Shown here piece after piece: positions 12,553 through 25,557 of a stretch of DNA of 64,000 bases (the stretch's first letter is position 1; each line of letters starts with the position of its first letter). Position numbers and translations under genes: made by a program. The notes beneath the pieces were generated by a model, which did not search any database, was not told the DNA's origin, and was given only the letters and a program-made list of their open reading frames with translations. This DNA comes from Octopus sinensis (taxonomy: Eukaryota): the NCBI RefSeq assembly GCF_006345805.1, contig NC_043017.1:27280001-27344000 (forward strand), given 5' to 3'.

Positions 12553-12555
<3 letters not shown>
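12365..12555. mobile_element. Second copy (inverted) of the hairpin-ended (TA)n-flanked element
   Basis: Arms 12365-12393 and 12402-12430 pair at 27/29 with an 8-nt loop; the body ttaagtaac...gcatctaa...tataatc is homologous to 11035-11120. Confidence 0.7.
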
Positions 12556-12595
<40 letters not shown>

Positions 12596-12940
12596 ATATA
12601 GTACAAAGTAAGATAGGGGTTATGAGGATAACCCACTATGGGATATCAGTTAACCAAAATACTGCTGGTGAAGTACCCAAATACTAAATACATAAATGCT
12701 TGTAATTGCAATGCAATTAATTCATTTATTGTATTGGATGGGTGAAGGTAAAAAATATTTTACCGTAAATTCATAATAGAAATAAGAAAATGGAGGAACA
12801 AATTCCTTTCGATCATCAACTTACGGATATCCCAATTTCATATTATTTATTAATTATACAAATAGGAACAGGAAAATCGAACAAAACAATATACATCAAT
12901 ATGCAAATTAATAATACAATAAAAATAATACAAATAAACT

Positions 12941-13076
12941 TCTCCTTACAGCTGTTTCAGCCTATGGACAAGAGACAATCCAGCTTAAATTGCTCATATA
13001 TACAATTATAGTATAGTCTTAGGCATTAAAGATTATATTTGTCTGTTTAAATAACGAAAGGCCTCGTCAGATGACA
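12941..13076 (-). ncRNA. Candidate type I hammerhead ribozyme with enlarged loop 2, inside a (TA)n-flanked segment (about 12601-13190)
   Basis: Minus strand CUGACGA-GGCCU...(95 nt)...AGGCU-GAAAC-AGCU-GUA. Core complete, stem I imperfect. Confidence 0.4.
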
Positions 13077-13254
13077 TACATAACTACAAAGTTATAATAA
13101 TATAATAATAATAATATTGATATATAAAAAACATGCTTTCCATACTATCGAATAAGAACAAGAAAATAAATGGGAAAACATGGTATGTATATTTGTATAT
13201 TTTATATGTTTATATGTGTTTATGTATATATATGTATATATATATATATATATA

Positions 13255-13425
13255 TTCGAAACGTAGAGTAGATGAAACCATAGCGACTGAAGAAGGGATT
13301 TTTTCTTTGTTTAATTGTCCTGTACTCTATTTTTTTGTTGTTTAAAAAAATGTCCAGTTCCTTTGGTTTGTGTCTATGTTTTCATTTCTCATTGTGTTCG
13401 ACGTCCTTTTGGTGTCCTGTACTCA
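13255..13425 (+). mobile_element. Probable Penelope-like 3' end fragment
   Basis: tcgaaacgtag directly after (TA)n, followed by a T-rich tract resembling the 9054 element end. Confidence 0.4.
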
Positions 13426-13614
13426 TATATGCGTGTATATGTACATGTAGAGGTAGGTACGTACATATATGTTTATATATATGCATATGTTTTATTTATT
13501 AATATATATATATATATATACATATATAGGTATTTTGTGTGTCAGCGAGTTGCAAGCATCATTGGCACGCCGGATAATAAATTTAACGGTATTTCATCTA
13601 TATTTACATTCAAA

Positions 13615-13815
13615 TAACTATTTCAAGAATAGATGGTGTCATATGGAAATGCTTGGATGCCAAAGGGAATTCATGGTATTTATTCCTGTTAGCGCAACCA
13701 AATACGTACGTCGTACAAAGTTCGTGGCATTTTCTTGACCATTGGAGGTTAAAGGTAAGATTTTGATTGTACATAAACAAGGTGAAATGTGACTAGGGTC
13801 CAGTTACGAATAATA
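13615..13815 (+). repeat. Old interspersed repeat with (AAT)n tail; second copy at 17828-18012
   Basis: Shared atggtgtcat..gaaatg, ttttcttgacca and ggtgaaat.tgact.gggtccagtta blocks. Confidence 0.65.
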
Positions 13816-14037
13816 ATAATAATCCTTTCTTCAATAGGCACAGGGTCATATATTTGTGGGAGGGGACGAGTCAATTACATTCACCCCAGTGTTTCATAAG
13901 TATTTTATTTATCGACCGCGAAGTGATGAGATTCAAAGTCGACCTCGGTGGAAATTGAACTCGGAACGTAAAGATGTACGAAATGCCGCTAAGCATTTCG
14001 TCCGGCGTTCAAACGGTTCAACCAGCTCACCGCTTTC
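13810..14037 (-). mobile_element. SINE-A with alternative A2 tail (old)
   Basis: SINE-A head and body followed by a ccctccc...gtgcct...(ATT)n tail instead of the A1 tail. Confidence 0.75.
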
Positions 14038-14179
14038 ATAATAATAATATTTGCGTTCAAATTCCCACGGGGTTGTATATGCATCTTATCCTTTTAGATT
14101 AGAGAAAATTAGTATCAGTTACATTCTTGGTCTTTGTGATTGACTTACCATCTTCCCTGAAACAGTTACTCCAGAATCT

Positions 14180-14425
14180 ATACATAAATACATGCATACA
14201 TGCATACATGCATACATGCATACATGCATACATGCATACATGCATACATGCATACATACATGCATGCATGCATGCATATATACATACATACATACATACA
14301 TGCATGCATGCATGCATGCATGCATGCATGCATATATACAAATATACATACATACATTCATGCATACATGCATGCATGAATGCATGCATACATACATACA
14401 TGCATACATACATACATACATATAG
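14180..14425. repeat. (ATGC/ATAC)n tract
   Basis: Visible. Confidence 0.95.
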
Positions 14426-14904
14426 GCTCTCCTTGACGAATAGCAGTCCACCTTCCGGTAGCCATCTTACGCTTCCTCGATCCCTTCAATCATTCGGCTA
14501 TTCAACCAGCAGGAGACAGGCCCCGTTAGGGACATGGGAATTATCAAGTCGCGCGGAATCCGAGTAAAACAGTTTTGATTAATATATATGTATAATATTC
14601 TCTCTCTCTCCCTCTCTCTATCTCTCTCTTTGTATATAATATATATATATATATCTATATATATATAATATATATATATCTTAGAAGTTTTGGAGGAAGA
14701 AGACTCCACTAGAGAGGACGAAAGCGCTTATATATGACAAATGATTATAAAAACATGTAACATACTAATAAATATCTGTAAATATAAAACTATCCAGATT
14801 TCTGAGTACCTCATTTCTCCTAACATATATATGGTGCCCCAGCATGGCCACAGCTCATTAGCTGAAACTGGAAAAATCAAAAAATCATCAAAATCAAATA
14901 TATT

Positions 14905-15025
14905 TATAAAGGGAAAGTTTACGAAAATAAGCAAAAGACGAAGGCAGGTGGAGTACAAACAAACAAATGTATTAGTATAGCGCTCAGGAATAGAAAAAGT
15001 CTTTTATGTTTCGAGCCTACGCTCT
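14905..15025 (-). mobile_element. Penelope-like 3' terminal fragment, same family as 9054-9915
   Basis: atgtattagtatagcgctcaggaa...agtcttttatgtttcgagcctacgctctt matches 9108-9168. Confidence 0.75.
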
Positions 15026-15082
15026 TATATATATATATCTATATATATATATATATATATATATAGGATGTATGTATGTGCA

Positions 15083-15135
<53 letters not shown>

Positions 15136-15159
15136 TAATATATGCATGTATGTATGTGC

Positions 15160-15199
<40 letters not shown>

Positions 15200-15629
15200 A
15201 GCACACATATACATGTATGTGTATATGTTGTACATATGAATATATGTGTATATATTATTATGTACACATGTAATATACATACATACATACATAAATAAAT
15301 GCATACGAATACAAGCACGCAAAGGACAGTACAAATATGCTTGTTTAAAGAAGACTTCGCAAACTTCTTTTCAAAACAAACAAAAATGAAGCTTTAATTT
15401 AAGTTGTTTTCCTTTAACAGATAATGTAATAACTATTGACAGAAATTATAATTATAATGAATTTGATTATATATCTTAATGAAGTTGATTAACATTTTGT
15501 TCTGTGTAATTTATTTTTCTTTTTTTAAAATTAGATTGCTTCTGCTGGATTTATCAGTAAATCTTTTTTGCTCTCTATCACTTTCATCCACTCCCTTCTT
15601 CACTGACTCTATGTAACTGGATATACACT

Positions 15630-15833
15630 CTCGTTGCCTTCTCTCTCTCTCTCTCTCGTTGGCTCTCTCTCTCTCTCTCTCTCTCTCGTTGGCTCTCTCT
15701 CTCTCTCTCTCTCTCTCGTTGGCTCTCTCTCTTTATATTTGTTAATGTGTCATGTTCTGTAAACCTTGCGTATTTTATGTATATGTTCGTTTTGACATTC
15801 TTTAATTCCATTCCTTTTTTTATTCTGCATCTG

Positions 15834-15909
<76 letters not shown>

Positions 15910-15915
15910 ATCCAT
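15630..15915. repeat. (CT)n interrupted by cgttgg, and (ATCT)n
   Basis: Visible. Confidence 0.9.
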
Positions 15916-16219
15916 ATATCTATCAATCTACCTACCTATCTATTTGTGTATCTCTCTATTATTTATCTCTCCTCACTCAACCACTCTCTATGTATAATAT
16001 ATATATATATTCTATATATATATATATAATATATAAAACATATAATATAATATATATATATTCTATATCTATATATATATATATATATGAATGTATATAT
16101 ATGTCTATATACAATTGCATATATATGTATTTACAAATGTATATATATGTATATATACACACATACGTATGTATATATACATTTCCACATATACTCATAC
16201 GTATATGCTTTCGTCTCTA

Positions 16220-16580
16220 CCTGTTACTATCAACCAATCTTGCTGTAAGCTTCGTCCTTAATCACATACATACAATTCATACTAACAATAACCGCACATT
16301 CTCTTCTATCACTATACTGCCTTGTCTTTCAACACAATCCAACAAAATTTCCATTGCAGATTATCATCTCATCCTGTCAATCACTGGCTCCACATTTCCC
16401 AATCTCTCCTTCAAGATTTACCTCCTTTTCTCTTTCCTGCAATATTTTATTCCATCTCATTTAATCAAACATGTTCCTTCTTTATATTTCTCTTTCACGA
16501 TGCTCTATATATCTAACTCAATACTTTCACTTACTCACAACGACTTCAACATACACTCTCATCTTTCTTATAACTTATAC
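16220..16580 (-). pseudogene. Highly decayed RTE-clade LINE ORF2 remnant
   Basis: Minus-strand fragments KMRVY...LKERLGNVEPVIDRMR...VERQ align loosely to the RTE motif R.RLG.VE...D.MR..RLRWFGHVER; many stops. Confidence 0.45.
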
Positions 16581-16769
16581 GTCTGCTTGTATTTGCTTTT
16601 CCTCACAAAACTAAAAAAAGTCAATTACATTCCTTTTGGTGTTTTCTTCAAACATGTCACTGACACGTGAGACAGAAGAACAAACTTATTTTTTTTTGTT
16701 CTCCCAACTCACACATAACGTATAATTGTTATTTATCTTTCTCCTCCTTTTGTGAAAATAATACATCAT

Positions 16770-16953
16770 ATGCCTGTATATATATATATATATAGATATA
16801 TATACATGTTAGTATATATATATATACATATATACATGTATATATATATATACATGTATGTAGATATATATATATATATACATATATACATGTATATATA
16901 TATATACATGTATATATATATATACATATATAATGTATATATATATATATACA

Positions 16954-16984
<31 letters not shown>

Positions 16985-17425
16985 GTATATATATATATAT
17001 ACATGTATATATATATACATTATACATGTATAGATATATATATATATATATACATATATACATGTATATATATATATACATGTATATTATATATACATAT
17101 ATACATGTATATATATATATTACATGTATATATATATATACATATATACATGTATATATATACATGTATATATATATATACATGTTATATATATATACAT
17201 ATATACATGTATATATATATATACATATATACATATACATATATACATATATATACATATATGTATATATATAATATACATATATATACATATACATATA
17301 TAAATGTATATATATATACTATATATATGTGTGTGTGTCTGCGTGTAGAGAAGAGAGAGAGAGAGAAAGAGATAGTGTGTGAGAGAGAAAGATAGATATT
17401 ACATATCACACACACACACACATGC

Positions 17426-17480
<55 letters not shown>
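16770..17480. repeat. (TA)n with recurrent catg units
   Basis: Visible. Confidence 0.95.
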
Positions 17481-17483
<3 letters not shown>

Positions 17484-18172
17484 TATGTTACCATACATGC
17501 ATATCTTCGTAACATTAGCATTACATTGCGGTATTTCCATATTGTATTTGCCTGGAGTTTTAATTGCATTCGATCAAATCGTCATTTCCTTCAATTATGA
17601 CATCATTCACCTTTGCTTCCTATTCTTCCATCACTTACGCGCAGAAGACCGGCTTAAATCCTCGTTTTCAGGAAATCGTTGGCCTGCGCATCGTACTAAA
17701 TCAAAAGTCCATCGATTTTTATTATATTGCAGTTATTATCATTATAAATATTCTGTATTCTCAACTAAAAGATAAACGTGTTTAAATAACCTATCTGCCG
17801 ATTGTGGCTTTCTCAACATTCATAGAACTGTTTCGAGGATAAATGGTGTCATCTAGAAATGACTGGAAACCAAAGTGATTTTATTCCTGCTAGTAAAACC
17901 AAATTTCATGGGGTTTTCTTGACCAAACCCATTGGGGGATAGAGGTAAAAATCATTGATCGCACATATACTAGGTGAAATATGACTTGGGTCCAGTTAAC
18001 AATTATAATAATAATTTACATTGTTTACAATTGACGGATATTTGTTCTCATCTTGTTTGTTGTCAACGCAACGTTTCGGTTGATATACCCTCCAACCTTC
18101 ATCCGGTGTCTTGGGGGAAATTTAGAACCTGTGTTCTCATTCGCAACGTATTTTTCGATGTTATTATTGTTA

Positions 18173-18206
<34 letters not shown>

Positions 18207-18238
18207 GTTGTTGTTGTTGTTTTTATAGCCGTTGCCAC

Positions 18239-18420
18239 GGGCATATGGCGTAGTGGTTAAGAGCGCGGGCTACTAACTCCAAGATTCCGAGTTCGATTCC
18301 AGGCAGTTACATTAAAAAATAATGATAATAATAATAATAATAATGATAATAATAATAATAATAATCATTAAAATAATAATAATAATGATAAAGATGATAA
18401 TAATAATAATAATAATAAGA
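18239..18420 (+). mobile_element. tRNA-like short SINE or pseudo-tRNA with (AAT)n tail
   Basis: gggcatatggcgtagtggttaagagcgcgggctactaactccaagattccgagttcgattcc has A and B boxes but no pairing acceptor stem, and is followed by (AAT)n. Confidence 0.7.
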
Positions 18421-18444
18421 AGAAGAAGAAGAAGAAGAATCAGT

Positions 18445-18626
18445 TCTAGTGTAGGCACAACCCCTGATATGGGGGGACTAGTCGATTACATCAAACCCAG
18501 TGTTTCACTCTACTTTATATGAAGGCAAAGTCGACCTCGGTGGAATTTCTACTCAGAACGTAAAAAACGGACGAAATGCTGCTAAGCATTTCGCCCGGCG
18601 TGCTAACGTTTCTGCCAGCTCGCCGC
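18445..18626 (-). mobile_element. SINE-A with A2 tail
   Basis: Head and body consensus plus ggcacaacccctg...gggggactagtcg tail. Confidence 0.75.
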
Positions 18627-18728
18627 AAACGAAATAACGCTAAGCGAAATGAAAGTGGCTTAGAGCCTACAGTACAGTTATTCAATCCGTTGAAGCAAGC
18701 ACATACTTTTAGACTGTGACGTAATTTC

Positions 18729-18770
<42 letters not shown>

Positions 18771-19609
18771 GTGGGGGAATAACGTGAGAATGCGTTAGTT
18801 CAACGTATAGTGAATTCTAACAATTGTAGAAAAATATGAAGAAATTATGGCATGGCTGTCCTGATATTCCGTTGAAATATTAGTTAGACATAAATGATAA
18901 GTTTATAAGATCATATGATATTCAATTATACGCGAAGGAATAGTTTCTGAAGCGGTGATTCATGGACTCCTGAAGTCATACCTATATATTCATACATCCA
19001 TCCACACACACACACACATGCACACACACACAGGAACATACAAAATGCACGCATATACGGAACGTATGTCAACAAAGTCTACTAATAAATTTGCAAGGTT
19101 AAAAGACAATAAGAACGAGAGCATGAATATTAAATTGTTAGCTTCAAATATTTCATAACCTTGGTATTTCGTGCAAAATATTTCCTCCCTGAATCCACGA
19201 TAGAATGATAAACAATGGCAGGCTAGATGCGTGCAAGGTTAGTATAAGGAAATGACAGACCAGATTCGTGGAATAATTGTAATATCTTGCATACAACATG
19301 TTACGAATATCCATGGGATTCTTTGACATGTTTTCAGAAAACACGGTTGAAATATTGCGAAGCACGAAGGCTAGGCTAGCGAGTCAGCTATTCCATCCTG
19401 ACTCCTACATCTATGACTTCAAACACCATTATGTCCATCTTTTAGAGGCCTTGGGCGCAGGTATGGCTTACTGATTGAAAAGTATGTAATATCAGGTTCT
19501 ATGCCAGGGCGTAACTCCTTCGGCAAGTTCCTTATACAAAGGCCCCTGGCCGAACTCTATTTGCCAGGTGAGTGGAGAGGTGTGCAAGTACGTCGTGTAT
19601 ATACTTGTA

Positions 19610-20027
19610 GACGCAGGAGTGGCTGTGTGGTAAAGTAGCTTGTTTACCAACTACATGGTTTCGGGTTCAGTCCCACTGCGTGGCTCCTTGGGCAAGTGTC
19701 TTCTACTATAGCCTCGGGCCGACCAAAGCCCTGTGAGTGGATTTGGTAGACGGAAACTGAAAGAAGCCCGTCGTATATTTGTATATATATATATATGTTT
19801 GCGTGTGACTGTTTGTGTGTCTGTGTTTGTCCCCCTAGCATTGCTTGACAGCCGATGCTGGTGTGTTTACGTCCCCGTCACTTAGCGGTTCGGCAAAAAA
19901 AGAACGATAGAATAAGTACTGGGCTTACAAAAAAGAATAAGTCCCGGGGTCGATTTGCTCGACTAAAGGCGGTGCTGCAGCATGGCCGCAGTCAAATGAC
20001 TGAAACAAGTAAAAGAGTAAAAAGAGT
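19610..20027 (+). mobile_element. SINE-B
   Basis: Full-length consensus match. Confidence 0.92.
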
Positions 20028-20281
20028 ATATTATCAAGGCGCTAGTAAAAAACCGCCCGGAGGACAGTTTTATTCTAGTATATGTATATCATATACATAC
20101 CAAATTCCGGACCACATTGTCACAAATGACGCCCTTGATTAACCACCAAAGCAATCCACAACTTTGAATCCTTTTCATTGAATGAACAATTCATTATCAT
20201 CCCATGTATTATTTACATTTATTTTTCGTATTCTTTAACAATCACTCCCTAAATATACTCCTGAATACCCGTCTCATTAAT

Positions 20282-20498
20282 ACTCTTACCCTTTTACTCT
20301 TTTAATTGTTTCAGTCATTTGACTGCGGCGATGCTGGAGCACCGCCTTTAGTCGAGCAAATCGACCCCAGGACTGTAAGCCTAGCACTTATTCTATCGGT
20401 CGTTTTTGCGGAACCGCTAAGTTACGGGGACATAAACACACCAGCATCGGTTGTCAAGCGATGTTGGGGGGACAAACACAAACACATACACGCTTTCT

Positions 20499-20531
<33 letters not shown>

Positions 20532-20726
20532 TATATATATATATATATATGCATACATATATACGATGGGCTTCTTTCAGTTTCCTTCTACAAAATCCAC
20601 TCACAAGGTATTGGTCGGCCCGAGGTTATAGTAGAAGACACTTGCCCAAGGTGCCACGCAGTGGGACTGAACTCGGTACCATGTGGTTGGTTAGCAAGCT
20701 ACTTACCACACAGACACTCCAGCGTC
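20282..20726 (-). mobile_element. SINE-B
   Basis: Full-length, inverted relative to the 19610 copy. Confidence 0.9.
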
Positions 20727-20934
20727 TACATCTTTTTCTACACATATCGGCCAAATGTACGTCTCATGACACGGAACCACTTTATGTGGCTTCAGGAGGT
20801 TTCTCTTACACTATGGTGTGCATTGGATTCGATTGCGTCGCTCGGCAGGCATTAAGAATGAGTACAGCAGTGCGCTGAAACGATCGTTTACGTAAAAAGA
20901 GCTTCCAGTACAGTCTTCCGTATTAATTATTTAC

Positions 20935-21482
20935 CATATATATATATATGTATATGTATATATGTATGTATGTATATATGTATGTATGTATGTATGTATA
21001 TATGTATGTATGTATGTATATATGTATGTATGTATGTATGTATATATGTATGTATGTATGTATAAATGTATGTATATATGTATATATATATATGTATATA
21101 TATATGTATATATGTGTATATATATATATATGCATATATATAAATGCATATATATATATATATTTACATATATATACATGTATATATATATATTTACATA
21201 TATATACATGTATATATATATATATTTACATATATATATATGCGTATATATATATATATTTACATATATATATATGCGTATATATATATATTTACATATA
21301 TATATATGCGTATATATATATATTTACATATATATATGCATACATATATATATTTACATATATATATCATATATATATACATATACATATGCATATATAT
21401 ATTTACATATATACATATGCATATATATATATATATATATATTTACATATATATAATGCATATATATATCTATATATATATT

Positions 21483-21573
<91 letters not shown>

Positions 21574-21595
21574 ATATACACATATATATAGATAT
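20935..21595. repeat. (TATG)n/(TA)n compound tract
   Basis: Visible. Confidence 0.95.
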
Positions 21596-21635
21596 ATTTT
21601 ATTACAGATTTTATTTTATTTTATTCATTTATATG

Positions 21636-21834
21636 TGTCAGTCCTTTGACTGCGGTCACGCGCTGTAACATCGCCTTTTCGTCAAACAAATAGACCCGAG
21701 TCCTTCTTTGTAAGCCTGCTACTTATTGTATCAGTTATTTTGCCAAACGCCAAGTTACGGGGACGTGAACGCAGCAACATCGGTTGTCAAGTGATGGTTG
21801 AGGGACAAACAGAGACACATAAACATACACACAC

Positions 21835-21872
<38 letters not shown>

Positions 21873-22014
21873 CGGATTTCTTTCAGTTTCCGTCCACCAA
21901 ATCCACTCACAAGGCTATAGTAGAAAACACTTGCTCAAGGCACCACGCTGTAGGACTGAACCTAAAATGATGTGGTTAGTAAGCAATCTACTTACTACAC
22001 AGCCACTCCTGCAC
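21636..22014 (-). mobile_element. Older SINE-B
   Basis: Diverged but colinear with the consensus. Confidence 0.8.
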
Positions 22015-22066
22015 TTAAATAGCTGTGTGTATGTGTGTGTGTGTGTGTGTGCGTATGTATGTATCT

Positions 22067-22426
22067 ATGGCCCAGTGGTTAGGGCAGCGGACTCGCGGTC
22101 ATAGGATCGCGGTTTCGATTCCCAGACCGTGCGTTGTGAGTGTTTATTGAGCGAAAACACCTAAAAGCTCCACGAGGCCGGCAGGGGATGGTGGGGATCC
22201 CTGCTGTACTCTTTCACCACAACTTTCTCCCACTCTTACTTCCTGTTTCTGTTGTACCTGTATTTCAAGGGGTCGGCCTTGTCACTCTCTGTGTCACGCT
22301 GAACTACGTTAAGGGTGCACGTGTCTGTGGAGTGCTCAGCCACTTACAAGTTAATTTCACGAGCAAGCTGTTCCGTTGATTCGGATCAACCGGAACCCTC
22401 ATCGTCGTAACCGACGGAGTGCTTCC
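22067..22426 (+). mobile_element. SINE-C inserted in (GTAT)n
   Basis: Colinear with 2726-3118; atgtatgtatc on both flanks. Confidence 0.88.
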
Positions 22427-22702
22427 ACATGTATGTATCACTCTGACGTTTATCCTCTACGTCTTCGCAATCTTATTTTTATCGATTACTCACTCCTTCT
22501 GTACTTTTATCTTTCTCTTCTTCCTCTGATGTATATCTAACGGCCGAAACACTGTGATAAATTCTCTTTCCATTAAAGCGCTATGACAATAATCTTAATT
22601 TTTAAGCGTTCTTATACTCGAAAGGAACTTTTATATACTTCATTTTATATGTTTTCCACATACATATACAATTGTATCTGTACATGCATGTTCGTGTATC
22701 GT

Positions 22703-22738
<36 letters not shown>

Positions 22739-23539
22739 TGTGGGGATGTATGTATATGCCCGCCCGTGTTCGTCTTTGAACGTATGACTGTGCGCAAGTT
22801 TGTGTATATGAGATTATTGTGAAATATTTTAGAGATTATAATAAGAGAATAATAAGAGAATGAGCTAGTCCAATTCTTCGATTACATGGAATATATTTTT
22901 TATAATATCCAAGATAATTATACTTAATTTTCCATGACTCCAAGCTGCATGCTAAATAAAGCGCTTTTCAAAGAAATAATTCATACAATCATGCACACAC
23001 ACGCACACACACAAACACACATATATATATATACACACACATATATATATACACATATATATATATATACATATATATATGCACATACCTGCGTGTAGCT
23101 ATTCATGCTCATACATATGTATGCATCTATCTTATAGCACTGATGCGATTTAACGCTGGAAGAAACCTTTTCGAACCTAACTCATTGAATACCTGAAAAT
23201 ATATTTCGCGTTGTGCTTCGAATGACAAGAATAGATTTTGAAAAACCTATGCCACGATAGAAGATTTAGAAACTTAGAGATTACTGTATGTATTTTTATG
23301 AAGATATATTATATACATGTATATGAATTTATAGAAAATATTGCTAGAAACTTACAAATTATAAAAATATATAAATTCGGTACATTCTTCTTACTAGAGT
23401 TGTTCAATGGAATAAACGAACTATAGCATATAAGTTCCTAGGTCTTATGCATTTAGAAATAGATCAAATATGGAAGATTATGTATTGATTTTCGTACATA
23501 TTTGTATAAATATCCATATATGTGCGTGTGTGTATTTAT

Positions 23540-23868
23540 TCCTATGTGTATATATACATACATACATACATACATATATGTATATGTATATATATATATC
23601 TATATATATATATATATATATAGATATATATATATATGTATATATATGTATATGTATATGTATATGTATATATATGTATATGTATATGTATATATATGTA
23701 TATGTATATATATATGTATAAGTATATATATATATGTATATGTATATATTTATATATGTATGTATATATTTATATATGTATATGTATATGTATAAGTATA
23801 TATATATATGTATATGTATATATTTATATTTATATATGTATATGTATATATTTATATGTATATATTTA

Positions 23869-23914
<46 letters not shown>

Positions 23915-24039
23915 CTATCTGTATATATATATCTATATGTATATATGTATATATGTATATGTATATACGTATATACATATATTTATATGTATATATATAT
24001 ATTTATATGTATATATATATGTACATGTATATATATATG

Positions 24040-24076
<37 letters not shown>

Positions 24077-24090
24077 ATATGTATATATAC

Positions 24091-24122
<32 letters not shown>

Positions 24123-25210
24123 TTATATGTATTAATTGTATATATGTATGTATATATATGTATATGTTTATGTATTATATGTATATATGTATGTATATAT
24201 GTATATATGTATGTATATGTATGTATATATGTATGTATATGTATGTATATATGTATATATGTATGTATATATGTATATATGTATGTATATGTATGTATAT
24301 ATGTATGTATATGTATGTATATATATATATATATGTATATATGTGCGTGTATATATGTATGAGTGTGTGTATTTTATCGTTGTTGTTGTTACATATATAC
24401 GTATGAAGACACGAAAGAATAGTTATATTTTGGACAATGATAAAACGCAACCAAACAAAACACAATACATAAACCAGAAAAAGTTACATTTTATTTATTA
24501 CTTCAAATAATATTAATATATTGAACCGAAAAATCAATGGTCATATTTTGAAATATCGAATCATACTGAATTTTGAAAATAGAAATGACAATATATTGTC
24601 TGGCTTATACATATTTCTCAATAAAATTCTCCACAAAACATTATAAAATAAAATTTATTTTACCAGTTCTCCTCTTACCTAGAGCTTACATCTTTCTATT
24701 ATGATGTACACGAAGATTTATGCTTCTACGATGGCAGCCATATTGTGTTCAAGGGTGAGCGTACAAGCGTGTATATACATATATATATGTATATACATAT
24801 ATATACACACACAAACACACACACACATAGAAACATACATACATATATATGTATATAAATATATATATATATATATGAATATACATAATTATATATAATA
24901 GTATATATATTAAATATATATTTGTATATATATATACATATATATTAATATATATATGTTTGTATGTATGTGTATATATATATATATACATATATATATA
25001 TAGTATATATGTTTGTGTATGTGTGTATGTATATATATATATATAATATATATATATGTATGTTTGTATGTATGTGTGTATATACAGATATATTTATATA
25101 TATATATGTATGTTTGTATGTATGTATGTCTGTGTGTTTGTGTGTGTATATATTTGCTTGCAAGTATTTATTTTTAAATATATGTATGGTAGTATGCATA
25201 TATGCGAGTG
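23540..25210. repeat. Two large (TA)n/(TATG)n tracts (23540-24360, 24770-25210)
   Basis: Visible. Confidence 0.92.
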
Positions 25211-25557
25211 CCTTTATATACCTTATATACACACGTAAATGTATACCTTAATACATAAATATGTGTCTATGTGTATGTATGCATGAATATATATGGATCA
25301 ATGAACTTTTGTGGTACTTTCAAAAGAAGAAAGCGTACCCTGAGTTCATAGTATATGCAATAGAAGGTAAAAGATTTATTAGAGCTTGTATTTTACTTGA
25401 ATATTAATATTTGTATCTCTTTCGAAATTGCTAAATGCAGGAGTCACTATGTATTGCTATATTCCAGTACGTATCCATGGTAATATGTTTCAAATGTTGT
25501 CATGGTTATTCGTTTATTTGAAGGACATATTGAATAACTTCGATATCTATCTTCTAA

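Noticed and set aside
18239-18310. Functional tRNA gene
   Set aside because: The acceptor stem does not pair and an (AAT)n tail follows; better explained as a SINE or pseudogene. The same applies to all other tRNA-like heads.
19153-19365. 70-aa hydrophobic ORF, plus an 18-bp match (tcagaaaacacggttgaa) to 59571-59588
   Set aside because: No splice or homology support; the match does not extend on either side.
22505-22560. ctgatgt...ggccgaaac, a hammerhead-like or Penelope end
   Set aside because: The core is mutated and no stem I is evident; at most a decayed PLE relic.
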